DNA of 64,000 nucleotides from a virus (lineage: Duplodnaviria > Caudoviricetes): positions 213,198-277,197 of IMG/VR virus record IMGVR_UViG_3300048598_000287; one strand, written 5' to 3'. The notes below the pieces were generated by a model, which saw only the letters and a program-made list of their open reading frames with translations, was not told the DNA's origin and ran no database searches. Position 1 is the first letter of the stretch. Each line of letters starts with the position of its first letter. The position numbers and the translations under genes were made by a program. Shown here one piece after another: positions 47,901 to 57,323 of the stretch.

Positions 47901-50467
47901 TAGTATCATCGTTGACTGGATTGAAATCTATAGAGAATGCCGGCATTAAACGGGCAACCTCTAAACCCGTTGTAAATTATCCATATGATGAAAAAACCCG
48001 AACCCCTGCTGATGAAGCGGTAGCTGATTTTTGCACATATAATTTGGAAGATGTCGATTCCGCATCTTCTCTGGTTAGCAAAATGTTCGCCGCCTTTTCA
48101 AATGATGCGGTAGAGACTAAACTTGACCGGGTGTATAATAATGTTCCTGATGCAGTTCTTAAAACTGATGCCATCACCGGGGTAAGTGATGTGGGAAAAC
48201 TTACGAAAGAAGCCGTTTCATTAACAGAAAAATATCTGAGCTATGCGAACTCCAAAGCAGGTAAGTATGATGAAGCGACCGCATGGATAAATGATGTGTA
48301 TTCTGGAGTATACACGGTGGAATCTACATTTAAGGCCACCGAAGTTACCGGAAGCGAATCATTGCTATATATGTATAACGGTGAGCAAATAGATTTACTC
48401 CGGGTCAAGAATATGCTGCTTGATTTAAAATATCTTGCCGCTAGTTATAATGAGCTTGGCATTAAACTTTCCGCTAATACGACGAATGTAGAAAAGGCCA
48501 ATGCAAAGGGAATTGAGAATCCGTATTTTGATTCAATCATTGAAAAATTCATCACGTTGTGCGATACTCCTGAACAGCTGTCCGATCCCTCATCGAAAAG
48601 GGTAATTGATGATGTGTTCAGAAACATATTATCTAACCCGATGTCTTATCTGGTTAATTTAAATACGATGCTCATTACTCTGTTCGCGTATTATAAGCGA
48701 ATAGAATCAAGGTCGAATGAATCCATAGAATCGCCCTCTTATATGACCGGAAGTAAATCAGGAATGGGCAATAAACGCATAGCTGTGCGGAAATCAGAAT
48801 ATGACAGCACGGTGAAAAGCTATATCGATACGGTAAATATCGCGGATGCGGTTTGCAATAGCCGAATATATAGCGAAACATATGCGGGCCAGGGGGACAT
48901 TAAAAAACTGGCGGCTCAATATGAAGCCGTGTATGACAAATATTTGAAAGGAGAGCCAGGAATTTCAGACGAATCCGCTGCGGAAGCAATTGAATTCCTC
49001 ATAATGGATGTATCGACGAAGGTGAAGAACTCAATTAAAAATTTCAGCCCGTCTGATGTTACCGATGTCCTGTCGGCTAATATACGCAGATTTAAAAATT
49101 CTGCGCCTAATAAGGAAAACATAAAAAATACGGAAAAACTTGCAGAACTGTTTTTTAACCTTAAACAGATAGACGGCAACACCGAACAGGGAACCTCCCG
49201 TTCGAAGGATTTTGCCGATGCTATCAGCGAAAGTAACAGATCAAATAATTCACCTGCTAAGTCGGCGATAAGTGCTCTGACTAATTACGGGGAACTGTTT
49301 GAACTTGCAAATAAGATAAAAGTAAGTAAAAAATATAAAGAAGAATTGGGAAGCAATCCAGAAAAAGCAGTGCGCGATGCGCTTGATACATATCGTCATT
49401 ATAAGGAAAATCACGATGTCGCTAAAGGAGTGATAACAAACGCATTGGAAACCCTTATATTAAACTCCGGCCATGGATTGGCGGATTCAAAATCCAAAAG
49501 TATTTCTGGAGAAAACAACGATTATTTGAAAGAAATGGCAAACTATCTAAAGGAATTATCCAATGTCGATCGGTCTGCCTATAAAGAATTCATATCATCA
49601 GTTGATGCTTCGGAGAAAGACGGAATTAAGCCAAAGGATGTTTCTTCCGCAGTATCCACGGTAAATGAGCGTAGGCCCATTGCAGCTGATCTGCAGACAA
49701 TAGTAGATAAGATATATGGCAATGTTAATAAAGGAGTTATAAAATATACCGTAGACAATCTTGACGCTGATATAAGCGCGATGGGCGTATCTGATGAAAC
49801 GGGTAACAACATTAATGACGCTGCGATAGACTCGTCTTTTTACACCATAATATCGATGCTTAAAAAGGCGGCTATGTCAAAGGCTACGGTGGAAGTCAAG
49901 AATGTATGTGCCGCTCTAGTAGGCCACATTGATCATTCTAATGTTTCCCTATACAAGAAAGAAATCCTTGACTATTATGTATGGCGAATGAACGGGTTTA
50001 AATTTGAATTTCCACCCAGCCGTCTTTCTCATTTAAGTGCAAATACAACCGCGTTGGGAGATTTGTATAACATGATAAGATCGGATTTGGTGCGTGCGCA
50101 TGATTCAGGAAACACCAGGCTTACTGATAAATTGGCCGCGTTGCTTGATGAAACGCCGGCCTTTGCCGATCTTAATGAGACCGAGCGGTCAGAACCCGTT
50201 AATAAGAGCTCTCTTGCTGCATCTAGAACTGCGTGGTCAGCGAAGCAAAAAGTAATGACTGCTGCCAGCGAAGATGCAAAGAACATAAAAACAATAGAAA
50301 CCGCTTTCTCAAGGATGAATAAGACAACCCCCCATCCTAATAAAGCAACCCTGTATCAATATATAATGGATATGCTTAATGATACCGAGGCAGGAAGACG
50401 GCTATACAATCAGATCATGAAATCTTACCCTGACGTTGTGGAAGAGCAGATTAAAAAATATAAGTAA
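44948..50467 (+). CDS. Very large hypothetical protein (~1830 aa), candidate internal virion protein
   Basis: Long ORF with a late motif and an early ILEA motif; probable start 44981. Confidence 0.7.
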   Translation: MYEIRPIPGIFMSKMSEVILEATTTDIYSGNEMANAVSEMLKYEFVIPNSAVSSNNAILSGNDVKKTDKTDDGSFYYKINFLSAVDAYEHFQKKIATLNDFLSGLGAAVELESGKSPLYGSGETADKYPLASKIPEGSKLFESFAKIIGAGIGTFSSDMVEEKTDSSGTTIHRIGDSDKRSTETVTNATMSYFKHLESALDNTIYLQTLGDAEYPSVKQICSAMVEFIFDTFIGIKKVTRTPSTVSFSSLFAPEASDDATPEIKANRDRLSQILYNAVIQGESGINNADKEVGGPDADIHGSYGNKWSIANAGTTDLREIPAAKENIDKIKTSKVYPKYAVDVIRLGNATIDKMEYNAPKIMDIFKHILSASGHEAVANNMKIVKDGFLDVTVDDFLDAVNDPKVRGNNACIKGKMFSKNNIDWKDITRDIKNAVPGNGSRAFYVVGESRKENSQGEQTSPDSVGQQRKEMVSGDVISNDGSIMLALRDGNELKIDVNSIEDSIPTFNDYVYDHVYCRKNSTTYFLCILHGISFVAPLGENDEVSTVLTPKTISAGLHKRVKGGSTDFAFSSFAEAKKSGIYKYCDAVSKGLIKGRIKSMSPQFSMEGNGKLIALIDKIKELKFSGNDDAAYELMSEAVKKISAFGPFAQEKYKGNTGMMEFSDIPVTDETEVTNTLRGIYDLDKTGKYTKEDVISILNAIKPGEWEISGWNFAKTKKAVTAEEKEDETPDGQGYDSDAGTNELAAVPSEDDVIKANAKESIGSEMSFLDATEDLMGKVTSSLNTSSSMEAVKHDLNLAINAIKVTDVTDQQMMNKLTSSIKNINADNPADWVETASDMIDNAHRAAEFIQGEDDTFSIDSIAAAVNFSAGNKQKNTLKAEIRNYINGNVEGKGIPDTKKINDLSDKCTDIIFALARIGDSNASAFGSLDVGVNGKIFNAVNLKTAYQNYAKKSGETIAIKDVSIKAACDFLAGGDGHAGTLSGIVSSLTGLKSIENAGIKRATSKPVVNYPYDEKTRTPADEAVADFCTYNLEDVDSASSLVSKMFAAFSNDAVETKLDRVYNNVPDAVLKTDAITGVSDVGKLTKEAVSLTEKYLSYANSKAGKYDEATAWINDVYSGVYTVESTFKATEVTGSESLLYMYNGEQIDLLRVKNMLLDLKYLAASYNELGIKLSANTTNVEKANAKGIENPYFDSIIEKFITLCDTPEQLSDPSSKRVIDDVFRNILSNPMSYLVNLNTMLITLFAYYKRIESRSNESIESPSYMTGSKSGMGNKRIAVRKSEYDSTVKSYIDTVNIADAVCNSRIYSETYAGQGDIKKLAAQYEAVYDKYLKGEPGISDESAAEAIEFLIMDVSTKVKNSIKNFSPSDVTDVLSANIRRFKNSAPNKENIKNTEKLAELFFNLKQIDGNTEQGTSRSKDFADAISESNRSNNSPAKSAISALTNYGELFELANKIKVSKKYKEELGSNPEKAVRDALDTYRHYKENHDVAKGVITNALETLILNSGHGLADSKSKSISGENNDYLKEMANYLKELSNVDRSAYKEFISSVDASEKDGIKPKDVSSAVSTVNERRPIAADLQTIVDKIYGNVNKGVIKYTVDNLDADISAMGVSDETGNNINDAAIDSSFYTIISMLKKAAMSKATVEVKNVCAALVGHIDHSNVSLYKKEILDYYVWRMNGFKFEFPPSRLSHLSANTTALGDLYNMIRSDLVRAHDSGNTRLTDKLAALLDETPAFADLNETERSEPVNKSSLAASRTAWSAKQKVMTAASEDAKNIKTIETAFSRMNKTTPHPNKATLYQYIMDMLNDTEAGRRLYNQIMKSYPDVVEEQIKKYK

Positions 50468-50484
50468 AATGTAATGATTTAATT

Positions 50485-50515
50485 AAGATCCGGGTGTAAT
50501 ATCCCGGATCTTTTT
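50485..50515 (+). terminator. Rho-independent terminator
   Basis: AAGATCCGGG-N8-CCCGGATCTTTTT. Confidence 0.88.
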
Positions 50516-50588
50516 GTATATGATTTTTCTCTGCCGAGATAGAACAGGCCTCTTAAAGTGATGATACTAATATTCGTTCGCAAGATCG

Positions 50589-50597
50589 TATAAACTA
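50589..50597 (+). promoter_or_regulatory. Late-promoter-like motif TATAAACTA
   Basis: Exact motif upstream of 50625. Confidence 0.78.
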
Positions 50598-50624
50598 GTT
50601 ATTGAAATGAAACGGAAAACATAA

Positions 50625-53405
50625 ATGGACCAGGCACTTTCTGACATGATGGCGTTTTTTGAAAAGAAGCAAAATGAATCCGGCGAACCCGCCATTTCTC
50701 CGGAAGACATAAAGAACAAAATAATTCATATCGGCAATTGTTCGAAAAGCGTCGACACTATGTCCAGCAGGGCGGATGAACTGATTTCTTATATAAAAAC
50801 CAGCAATCTAGAAAACGATGTTAAAGATGCTGAAGATATAATAACCGCAATGGAACAACTAAAGAATAGACAGGATTCTATATACAATAAGGTTATATCA
50901 ACAGATGAAACTGCCATGCCTGAAAAGGATAACGATAACACGATTTCAGATTATGAAACCGAATGCATCCAGCTATCTAATTCTTTTGCAATGAAATTGC
51001 AAAAACTTAAGGCTATATATCGAAAGGTAGAACAGGAAAATAAGATTATTGAGGAAAATTGGGATGTCCAGCAAAAAACTCCATCATCTGGTAATGAGAA
51101 GCCCTCCGATAATGATGCCGATGAAAGTGAAGGAAAAGGAAACGGAGAACCATTTGATCAGGCGACTCTTGATGCCATAATTGGGGATACTACTTCATTG
51201 GCATCAGGAGTATCTGATGAAGCTGACATTAGAGATGAACTTAGGGAAGGCATAACTAAATGGTTTTCAGATAACGAATCTCTTGGTGGAATGTCAGATT
51301 TAGCACGGAATATTCTGAATGGAAGCGATTCCAAGAATATGAAGGTCATGCTGTCAGACCTGAAAACAGGGAATCCTGATATGTATGAAAAATATGTGCA
51401 GTCAACGAAGGGGGCATATATTCCTATCGGGGACATGATACGTAATAATATGCAAGATGGATATGCATCTGCGATAAATGTTCTTGCCATGATTGTTCCT
51501 GATATGGCAAAAAAGATGAATGAAAAGATGGAATATTCATCGATTAAAGATATCCTTTCAGGATTCTGTTCATTCGTTAAAACGGCGTCATCAAATTCTA
51601 CCCTGCGATTTTATTCGGGTGCGGTATTTTCTATTGTAAGTTATCTGAAGGCCAACGGGATCAATCCGCCATCCGTAGTCGATGCAATGAATATATACAC
51701 ATCAATTGGATCCGGGGAGGCAGATGCAGAAGAGATAGCAAAGGTTTCCCTTACCCGGGCAGTGTCTGGGACGCTTGCCAGGAATTCTTTCATAATTGAA
51801 GCGCTTACCGAGAATGGAATAGACATCGGAATAACGGCAGTTCCTGATACCGTTGCATCTAAATCAGTGCAGAATGCATATACCATGATGACTGGCATAA
51901 TATATAGGATGTATGAGGGCGATATTGAACCGGTTGTCAAATCATATGTGAATGCGTATCGGAGACTTGAGACGTCTAACAAAGATTTTCTAGAACGGAT
52001 TAAAACATTAGAGCAATCAGGAAATGAATCCGGATTTTATAACATGTTAGAAACATTTCGTAATGAAAAGACAATTAATCTTGATATGCGGGATGCTGAA
52101 CTTAACAAAAAGGCATATAAAAATTCTGAATCCATCGCATTATGGAATGCAATAGTCCAATGCATGAGTGGTATGAGTGAAAAATACGGGAAAGACTATG
52201 ATGAAACATTGGTTAATGAAGCATTCGACCGAATATCTTCTCGTGGATATGGCGCATATAATGAAGATGTTATAAATGGTGTATGTGAAGACATGTTCAA
52301 TTCGAAAAAACCCGTCGTAAATGATGACAAAAATACGGTTAGCCATACTTCTGGATCAGGAAAGACTGGAAATGCATATATTCCTTTTGGATACGGACTT
52401 AGCAAATCTCATGTAGAAATGGGTAAACCATATACGGAAGTGTTCGGAATGCCTTATATAAATATCAGGCATCCAATATTTAAAACGATAGCAATGAAAT
52501 ATACCGAATCATTTAAGCGTAGCGAATCCAGACTTGAATCAAAAGATAATCCTGAATTGAAGAAACGTGTTAAAATGATAAAGACCCGCGCAGATAAGGC
52601 AGAGGCCCAGCTTAAAGCAGAAATAAAAAAGGGTAGCTTAATGAGTCATATGTTCAGCGATGCTAAGGATAAGACTACTCAGGTTTCTGGAGAAAAGCGG
52701 GATCTTCTTACCAGAATAGATGACAAGCTTAGAAAAGTCACTTCCGTAATAAGCAATGGAATGACGACTAAGAACATCCTTGATCTTATAAAGATGGCGA
52801 TTGATGGTGACGAGATTCCTGTTTCCAGGAACACTCTAGTGGTACGTGCTACTCCGGAGACTGGATATAAGAACAATCCTATGATATCTACAGAAACAAA
52901 TGACACGTTTGCGTTTATAAGTGTGGAAAATCCTATTAAACCTGAAAAGAACGCGGCGGTGTCTAAAAAATATCTTAAACAATTCTATAATATAATTAAT
53001 CCTCTGGATAATGCCGATGAATATATAGCATGCGGGGCATTCTCTCCTTCAATGACGGATGGTTCTGGTGCGGATGATATGATTCGTGCTCAGATGCTTA
53101 GCGTATCGCATGGACTAGTAGATGCTGGAAGTGTTCCTGAATCTGCAGTGAATCTTTTTCGGCGTGACATAATGGAGCATGATGGATATCCTTACACTTA
53201 TGTATTGGTTAGCGATGACGGCGCCGGACGGAATTCCGAGGGGATAGGACGGCAAAATGATACATATAAGATAACTAAACGTCTACCGCTTGGATTGACC
53301 TGGATGAAGACTGGTTCTAGCCTTGTTGCTATACATGTAAAGGGAAATGGAATGGATGGGCTTTTCGTCATGGAAAAGCGCGATGCGGATGTGTTGTTCG
53401 AATGA
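50625..53405 (+). CDS. Large hypothetical late protein (926 aa)
   Basis: Long ORF with a coiled-coil-like N-terminus and a late motif. Confidence 0.72.
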   Translation: MDQALSDMMAFFEKKQNESGEPAISPEDIKNKIIHIGNCSKSVDTMSSRADELISYIKTSNLENDVKDAEDIITAMEQLKNRQDSIYNKVISTDETAMPEKDNDNTISDYETECIQLSNSFAMKLQKLKAIYRKVEQENKIIEENWDVQQKTPSSGNEKPSDNDADESEGKGNGEPFDQATLDAIIGDTTSLASGVSDEADIRDELREGITKWFSDNESLGGMSDLARNILNGSDSKNMKVMLSDLKTGNPDMYEKYVQSTKGAYIPIGDMIRNNMQDGYASAINVLAMIVPDMAKKMNEKMEYSSIKDILSGFCSFVKTASSNSTLRFYSGAVFSIVSYLKANGINPPSVVDAMNIYTSIGSGEADAEEIAKVSLTRAVSGTLARNSFIIEALTENGIDIGITAVPDTVASKSVQNAYTMMTGIIYRMYEGDIEPVVKSYVNAYRRLETSNKDFLERIKTLEQSGNESGFYNMLETFRNEKTINLDMRDAELNKKAYKNSESIALWNAIVQCMSGMSEKYGKDYDETLVNEAFDRISSRGYGAYNEDVINGVCEDMFNSKKPVVNDDKNTVSHTSGSGKTGNAYIPFGYGLSKSHVEMGKPYTEVFGMPYINIRHPIFKTIAMKYTESFKRSESRLESKDNPELKKRVKMIKTRADKAEAQLKAEIKKGSLMSHMFSDAKDKTTQVSGEKRDLLTRIDDKLRKVTSVISNGMTTKNILDLIKMAIDGDEIPVSRNTLVVRATPETGYKNNPMISTETNDTFAFISVENPIKPEKNAAVSKKYLKQFYNIINPLDNADEYIACGAFSPSMTDGSGADDMIRAQMLSVSHGLVDAGSVPESAVNLFRRDIMEHDGYPYTYVLVSDDGAGRNSEGIGRQNDTYKITKRLPLGLTWMKTGSSLVAIHVKGNGMDGLFVMEKRDADVLFE

Positions 53406-54106
53406 TGATTGAGGGCAGTATGAATAAATATGACGTGTTTGTTGAAAGTATATCACGGCTTGGCCTTCAGGAAAATACCGTCGCCGCGATGCGTGGATTG
53501 TTTGAGGCATGTTTCCCTAATGTTCTTACTGAAGCTACCATGGCTCAGCTCGCTGCACCAGTAGATGAGCTTAGAAAACTAAGAAGCAAATCGTTGACGT
53601 TTCATTTCACCGACCTCACCATGAGCAAGGATGGACAGGCGGTTGTTCATTTTATCGTTCCATCCCAGACTAAAGGCGGATCAGTTAATTATGATGTATA
53701 TATAGAGTTTATTCCTCCGAAAGGAACGCTATTCAGCATGGCGCAGGGGACAATGCGGCCCGCGCAAAAGATCGCTCTTCTTAAATCATGTAATGTGAAG
53801 GTTTTTTGCACATGCCAGGATTTAAATTGGCATGGAATGAAATATAATCTTAAACACGTCTATGATAGTTATCTTGAAGGATACGAATCATCGGAAGGAA
53901 TTCCTCCTGGAGGAGAAGATATCGCGCCTAATGTCAGGGATCCTCACCGGCATAACCGTGTATGTAAGCATCTCATTGCAGCATTTAAGGCGGTGCTTAC
54001 TAACTGGACGTCAATAATAAAAGCTGCGAAAACATACCATGTTCCGCCATCGAAGGCTCATGCCATATCAGAAGAATCCGTTCCTGAACCAGGAATGGAG
54101 CCATAG
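53402..54106 (+). CDS. SWIM-type zinc-finger protein with N-terminal leader
   Basis: VFCTCQD...RVCKHL (CxC...CxH). Probable start 53420 after GAGG. Confidence 0.65.
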   Translation: MMIEGSMNKYDVFVESISRLGLQENTVAAMRGLFEACFPNVLTEATMAQLAAPVDELRKLRSKSLTFHFTDLTMSKDGQAVVHFIVPSQTKGGSVNYDVYIEFIPPKGTLFSMAQGTMRPAQKIALLKSCNVKVFCTCQDLNWHGMKYNLKHVYDSYLEGYESSEGIPPGGEDIAPNVRDPHRHNRVCKHLIAAFKAVLTNWTSIIKAAKTYHVPPSKAHAISEESVPEPGMEP

Positions 54107-54214
54107 TTCATTCGGGATTTTCCAAATATATGATGTCGTAAGTATTTTAGAGATCATTTCATTCAGGAATTCACATCACCGGACTAAAGTATGGAAATTG
54201 TATTCCGCAGATCT

Positions 54215-54223
54215 TATAAACTA
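54215..54223 (+). promoter_or_regulatory. Late-promoter-like motif TATAAACTA
   Basis: Exact motif upstream of the prohead operon. Confidence 0.8.
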
Positions 54224-54247
54224 TACCTGAATGCTTCTTAAAGTTAT

Positions 54248-54427
54248 ATGGCTGACGTAAAAATAAAAGATAATGATGCCAGAGCGCTGATGAGTTATTT
54301 GCTCAATAACGATTCAGTGAACGTCGCTAAATTAGTGAATGTGTATATGGAATCTGCGTATAGTTCATATAGTAATGAGAAGACCCAGGCCATCATGGAA
54401 GGGATTTCGATACGCAGGAATGCGTAA
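54248..54427 (+). CDS. Small prohead core protein (gp67-like), 59 aa, missing from the ORF track
   Basis: MADVKIKDNDARALMSYLLNNDSVNVAKLVNVYMESAYSSYSNEKTQAIMEGISIRRNA. Pattern resembles the gp67 N-terminal helix (LIxxIxxNDxVxxxKLFxxxM); sits between the late motif and the protease gene. Confidence 0.65.
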   Translation: MADVKIKDNDARALMSYLLNNDSVNVAKLVNVYMESAYSSYSNEKTQAIMEGISIRRNA

Positions 54428-54442
54428 TCGGGGGATGCCGGT

Positions 54443-55165
54443 ATGAGTAATGAATTAATAGGAATACCCAATTTTTCAGACAGCAAGGTATATGTCGGGG
54501 AAAGAAAGGATATTTTTGGAAATACAGTTAAACGTCTTATACTGGAAGGCTCGGCAATAGTATGCGATGAGCCGGGAATAAATGGCCGTTCTTATCCGAT
54601 AGAAATCATATCAAGGGAAGTTGCAAAGCTTAACCGGACAAAGGTATCAAAGGGCAGACTTGCCGGAGAGCTTAATCATCCAAGGATAGATTCAGAGGCA
54701 AATCCGAAGGATTATCCTATATTTGAGATGAACTTGTCCAAGACGTGCGCGTTGATTGAGGAATTGCGTATGGATGGGAAAAATCTGTACTGCCGCATGG
54801 TAGTGGCAGAAGACACGGATGCCGGGCGTAATCTTGCCGGAATGATAAAGATAGGATATGTTCCTGGATATTCTCTTAGGGGTGCAGGATCCACTATTCC
54901 GTGTGGGAATTATGAAGAGATCACCGATGATTACATAATGATAACCGTGGATGTGGTGGGAAATCCGTCATTTGATGATAAGGCGTTGATAACCAGCCAT
55001 TATGAATCTACGGAAGGAAAAAGGATGCCGCATAAGGCTCTTGTAGAATGCATAAATAATTATGGCAGGGAGATTGTTCTTAACCGTAATATAGATTTTA
55101 GGACTGACCATTATAAGCGTTATAATGCAGGTTCGCTAGTTAACTATTTTAGAAGCAGAGGATAA
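54443..55165 (+). CDS. gp21: Prohead core protease (T4 gp21-like)
   Basis: NGRSYP, GELNHP, YSLRGAGS, DVVGNPS. Confidence 0.93.
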   Translation: MSNELIGIPNFSDSKVYVGERKDIFGNTVKRLILEGSAIVCDEPGINGRSYPIEIISREVAKLNRTKVSKGRLAGELNHPRIDSEANPKDYPIFEMNLSKTCALIEELRMDGKNLYCRMVVAEDTDAGRNLAGMIKIGYVPGYSLRGAGSTIPCGNYEEITDDYIMITVDVVGNPSFDDKALITSHYESTEGKRMPHKALVECINNYGREIVLNRNIDFRTDHYKRYNAGSLVNYFRSRG

Positions 55166-55166
55166 T

Positions 55167-56117
55167 ATGCAGCTGTCGGAAATATTGAGCGAAAAGGAAC
55201 TTGGGACAATTCCTGCTGATATAGCGGTAAAGATAGAGTCCGCCTGTAATAAGCACATAGCTGATTATGATGCCAAAGGAGATCGAAAATTCGGTTCTTT
55301 GGTAGAGGCGGTGTCCGGTCAGTTTAATGAACTTGTGAATACCGCCGTAAAGAAGAAACTTGACGGAATGGAAGAGAATACGGTTAATGGTAAATTGTTT
55401 GAGGCGTTACAAAAGATAGTTAATGTACTGGAAGAATGCCAGATAGAAACAAGCCAAGTTAAGGAAGCTAAAAAGGCAGTTGAGAAGCTCAAAGGAGATG
55501 TACAGGATAAAATCGTTGATTATAAACGGGCAATGAAAGAACTCATGTATGCCAAGATAGCAGATAAGGTTTTGCGGGAGACAAACGGATATAAACCAGA
55601 GCTTCAACAGAAGGCGGTGGAATATTTTACTAATCCAACGCTTAATCTGAATCTAGATGACATGAAGAGAGAGGATATCATTAATTTCATTAATGGAGTA
55701 GAGGATGACAAGATCTCCGATAGCGAATTCAGTGGAATCGGTGAGACAAAACCACCCAGCCAGATAGACATGACGGAATTAAACGAAATTGCTAATAGTC
55801 TTGCCATGGATGATATTGAGGAAAATGGCCTTGATAATTATAGGAAACGAAACATGGCAGTAAATGATGTCCGCTATCCGATAGGTGGAATGCTTACCGG
55901 AGGCAAAAAAATTGCTCGCTCTCCAAAGGTGGCGGGTGTAGGATCAACTACTGCTGCATTTGAAGCTCTTGGAAATGGGCTTTCTCAGAACAAAGTATTC
56001 AATAGCCCGGATGTTACCCCTGAAATGCTTAATGCACCGACTTCGCTTAATCAGGAATCTGATGATGATGTCTCCCAGGCCATGTCCATGTTGAATACGA
56101 TGAATGGATTCATTTGA
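55167..56117 (+). CDS. Prohead core scaffold protein (gp22-like)
   Basis: Directly after gp21; helical/coiled-coil and acidic, with LVEA/LFEA/AFEA motifs. Confidence 0.55.
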   Translation: MQLSEILSEKELGTIPADIAVKIESACNKHIADYDAKGDRKFGSLVEAVSGQFNELVNTAVKKKLDGMEENTVNGKLFEALQKIVNVLEECQIETSQVKEAKKAVEKLKGDVQDKIVDYKRAMKELMYAKIADKVLRETNGYKPELQQKAVEYFTNPTLNLNLDDMKREDIINFINGVEDDKISDSEFSGIGETKPPSQIDMTELNEIANSLAMDDIEENGLDNYRKRNMAVNDVRYPIGGMLTGGKKIARSPKVAGVGSTTAAFEALGNGLSQNKVFNSPDVTPEMLNAPTSLNQESDDDVSQAMSMLNTMNGFI

Positions 56118-56124
56118 TGAAATT

Positions 56125-56151
56125 AAAAATCCCCGGACACCGGGGATTTTT
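56125..56151. terminator. Bidirectional terminator
   Basis: AAAAATCCCCGG-ACA-CCGGGGATTTTT between convergent genes. Confidence 0.9.
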
Positions 56152-56156
56152 CTTTT

Positions 56157-56909
56157 TCAAAAAGAGAAATCTGCAGATGCCCGGACCTTTAGATAAGGCT
56201 CGCCGTCATATCCTGCGCCAACATATCCTCTGAACGGTCCTACATAAAGGCCTATGCCTGCATCACCTTCATTTATTTCTGATGGGTCCCACTTTCCTTC
56301 ACCGGCAATAAATAATGGGCCAAGGCATGTCCATTCAACTATTCCACCGATAGCATCGCTTATTTCCCCATCTGAACGTGCTTTCACATGTACAAATAGT
56401 TCCGCTTTTCCTTTTCTAATGTTCGCTGTTTTAATTGACTGCGTGGATCCGCTATCTTTTTTGGTAATTTCTTCATAAGATGCATCCATTTCCGTATGGT
56501 CATTTTTTTCGGATGCCTTCTTATTTAGAATGGCGATAGAATCTTTTAAACCAGACATTTCCTTTTTATATTCATCTGTTGATTCTGATTGCTCTACATA
56601 TACCTCTCGTATACTATCTTTATATATAGTGCGTATGATTACCTTGGCGGTTTTTTCTGACGCAGATTTGCTTTCTGATGATGAATCCTTTGAATATGAA
56701 GATACCATGGCAGCACTGTCCAATGTCTTCTGAAGGGTATTGATCATGATCTTATTTGAATACAGTACGGCAGTTACTGAATCTCGGTATGTTGATGAAT
56801 TATTTTCATATTCATTCCGCTGATTTACTGAAGCCATCGAAATTACTATAATGACAATTGCCAATATACCGCATATCACCCATGGGGCATATTTTTTAGC
56901 CGTTTCCAT
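56157..56909 (-). CDS. Spanin-like membrane protein (N-terminal TM, coiled coil, C-terminal amphipathic beta strands)
   Basis: WVICGILAIVIIVISM TM segment; C-terminus GIGLYVGPFRGYVGAGYDGEPYLKVRASADFSF; overlaps the holin-like gene. Confidence 0.5.
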   Translation of the reverse strand: METAKKYAPWVICGILAIVIIVISMASVNQRNEYENNSSTYRDSVTAVLYSNKIMINTLQKTLDSAAMVSSYSKDSSSESKSASEKTAKVIIRTIYKDSIREVYVEQSESTDEYKKEMSGLKDSIAILNKKASEKNDHTEMDASYEEITKKDSGSTQSIKTANIRKGKAELFVHVKARSDGEISDAIGGIVEWTCLGPLFIAGEGKWDPSEINEGDAGIGLYVGPFRGYVGAGYDGEPYLKVRASADFSF

Positions 56910-57222
56910 TAGGTCCTCCAGTTTCCTGATTGCTGTCCGATTCCTGGGTTCCGTCAGATGAACTGTTATCTGAATTCATTAAGGAATTAGGTCCAACTCC
57001 CTTTATATCTTTAACGGCATTAACCACTTTCTTTCCGAAATACAATCCTGCCGTAGTCATCGCCACGGCAAGATCATTGGCCGTGATTGATCCCATGCTG
57101 CAAGTAGCCAGTTTATAAAGAAATATATAAAATGCTAGATTAGTAAGAGATAGATTTCCTTGGACATCAGTAAGCTTGAAAAATGCCAGGATACTTTTGA
57201 AGATATTGCGTATTTTTCTCAT
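56896..57222 (-). CDS. Holin-like small membrane protein
   Basis: 108 aa, two hydrophobic segments, GLYFGKK then a charged tail; GATAAACTA variant at 57250-57258. Confidence 0.55.
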   Translation of the reverse strand: MRKIRNIFKSILAFFKLTDVQGNLSLTNLAFYIFLYKLATCSMGSITANDLAVAMTTAGLYFGKKVVNAVKDIKGVGPNSLMNSDNSSSDGTQESDSNQETGGPNGNG

Positions 57223-57323
57223 TATATGCCTTATGCTTTGATTTCATAGTAGTTTATCGTTCGAATTTTTTGTGAGTAAAAATATATTTTACCATAGTAA
57301 TCCTATATAAAGGAGAATATCAT

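Noticed and set aside
44948-53405. Virion RNA polymerase or Alt-like ADP-ribosyltransferase among the giant ORFs
   Set aside because: No DxDGD motif or convincing R-STS-E pattern found by eye; needs a structure search.
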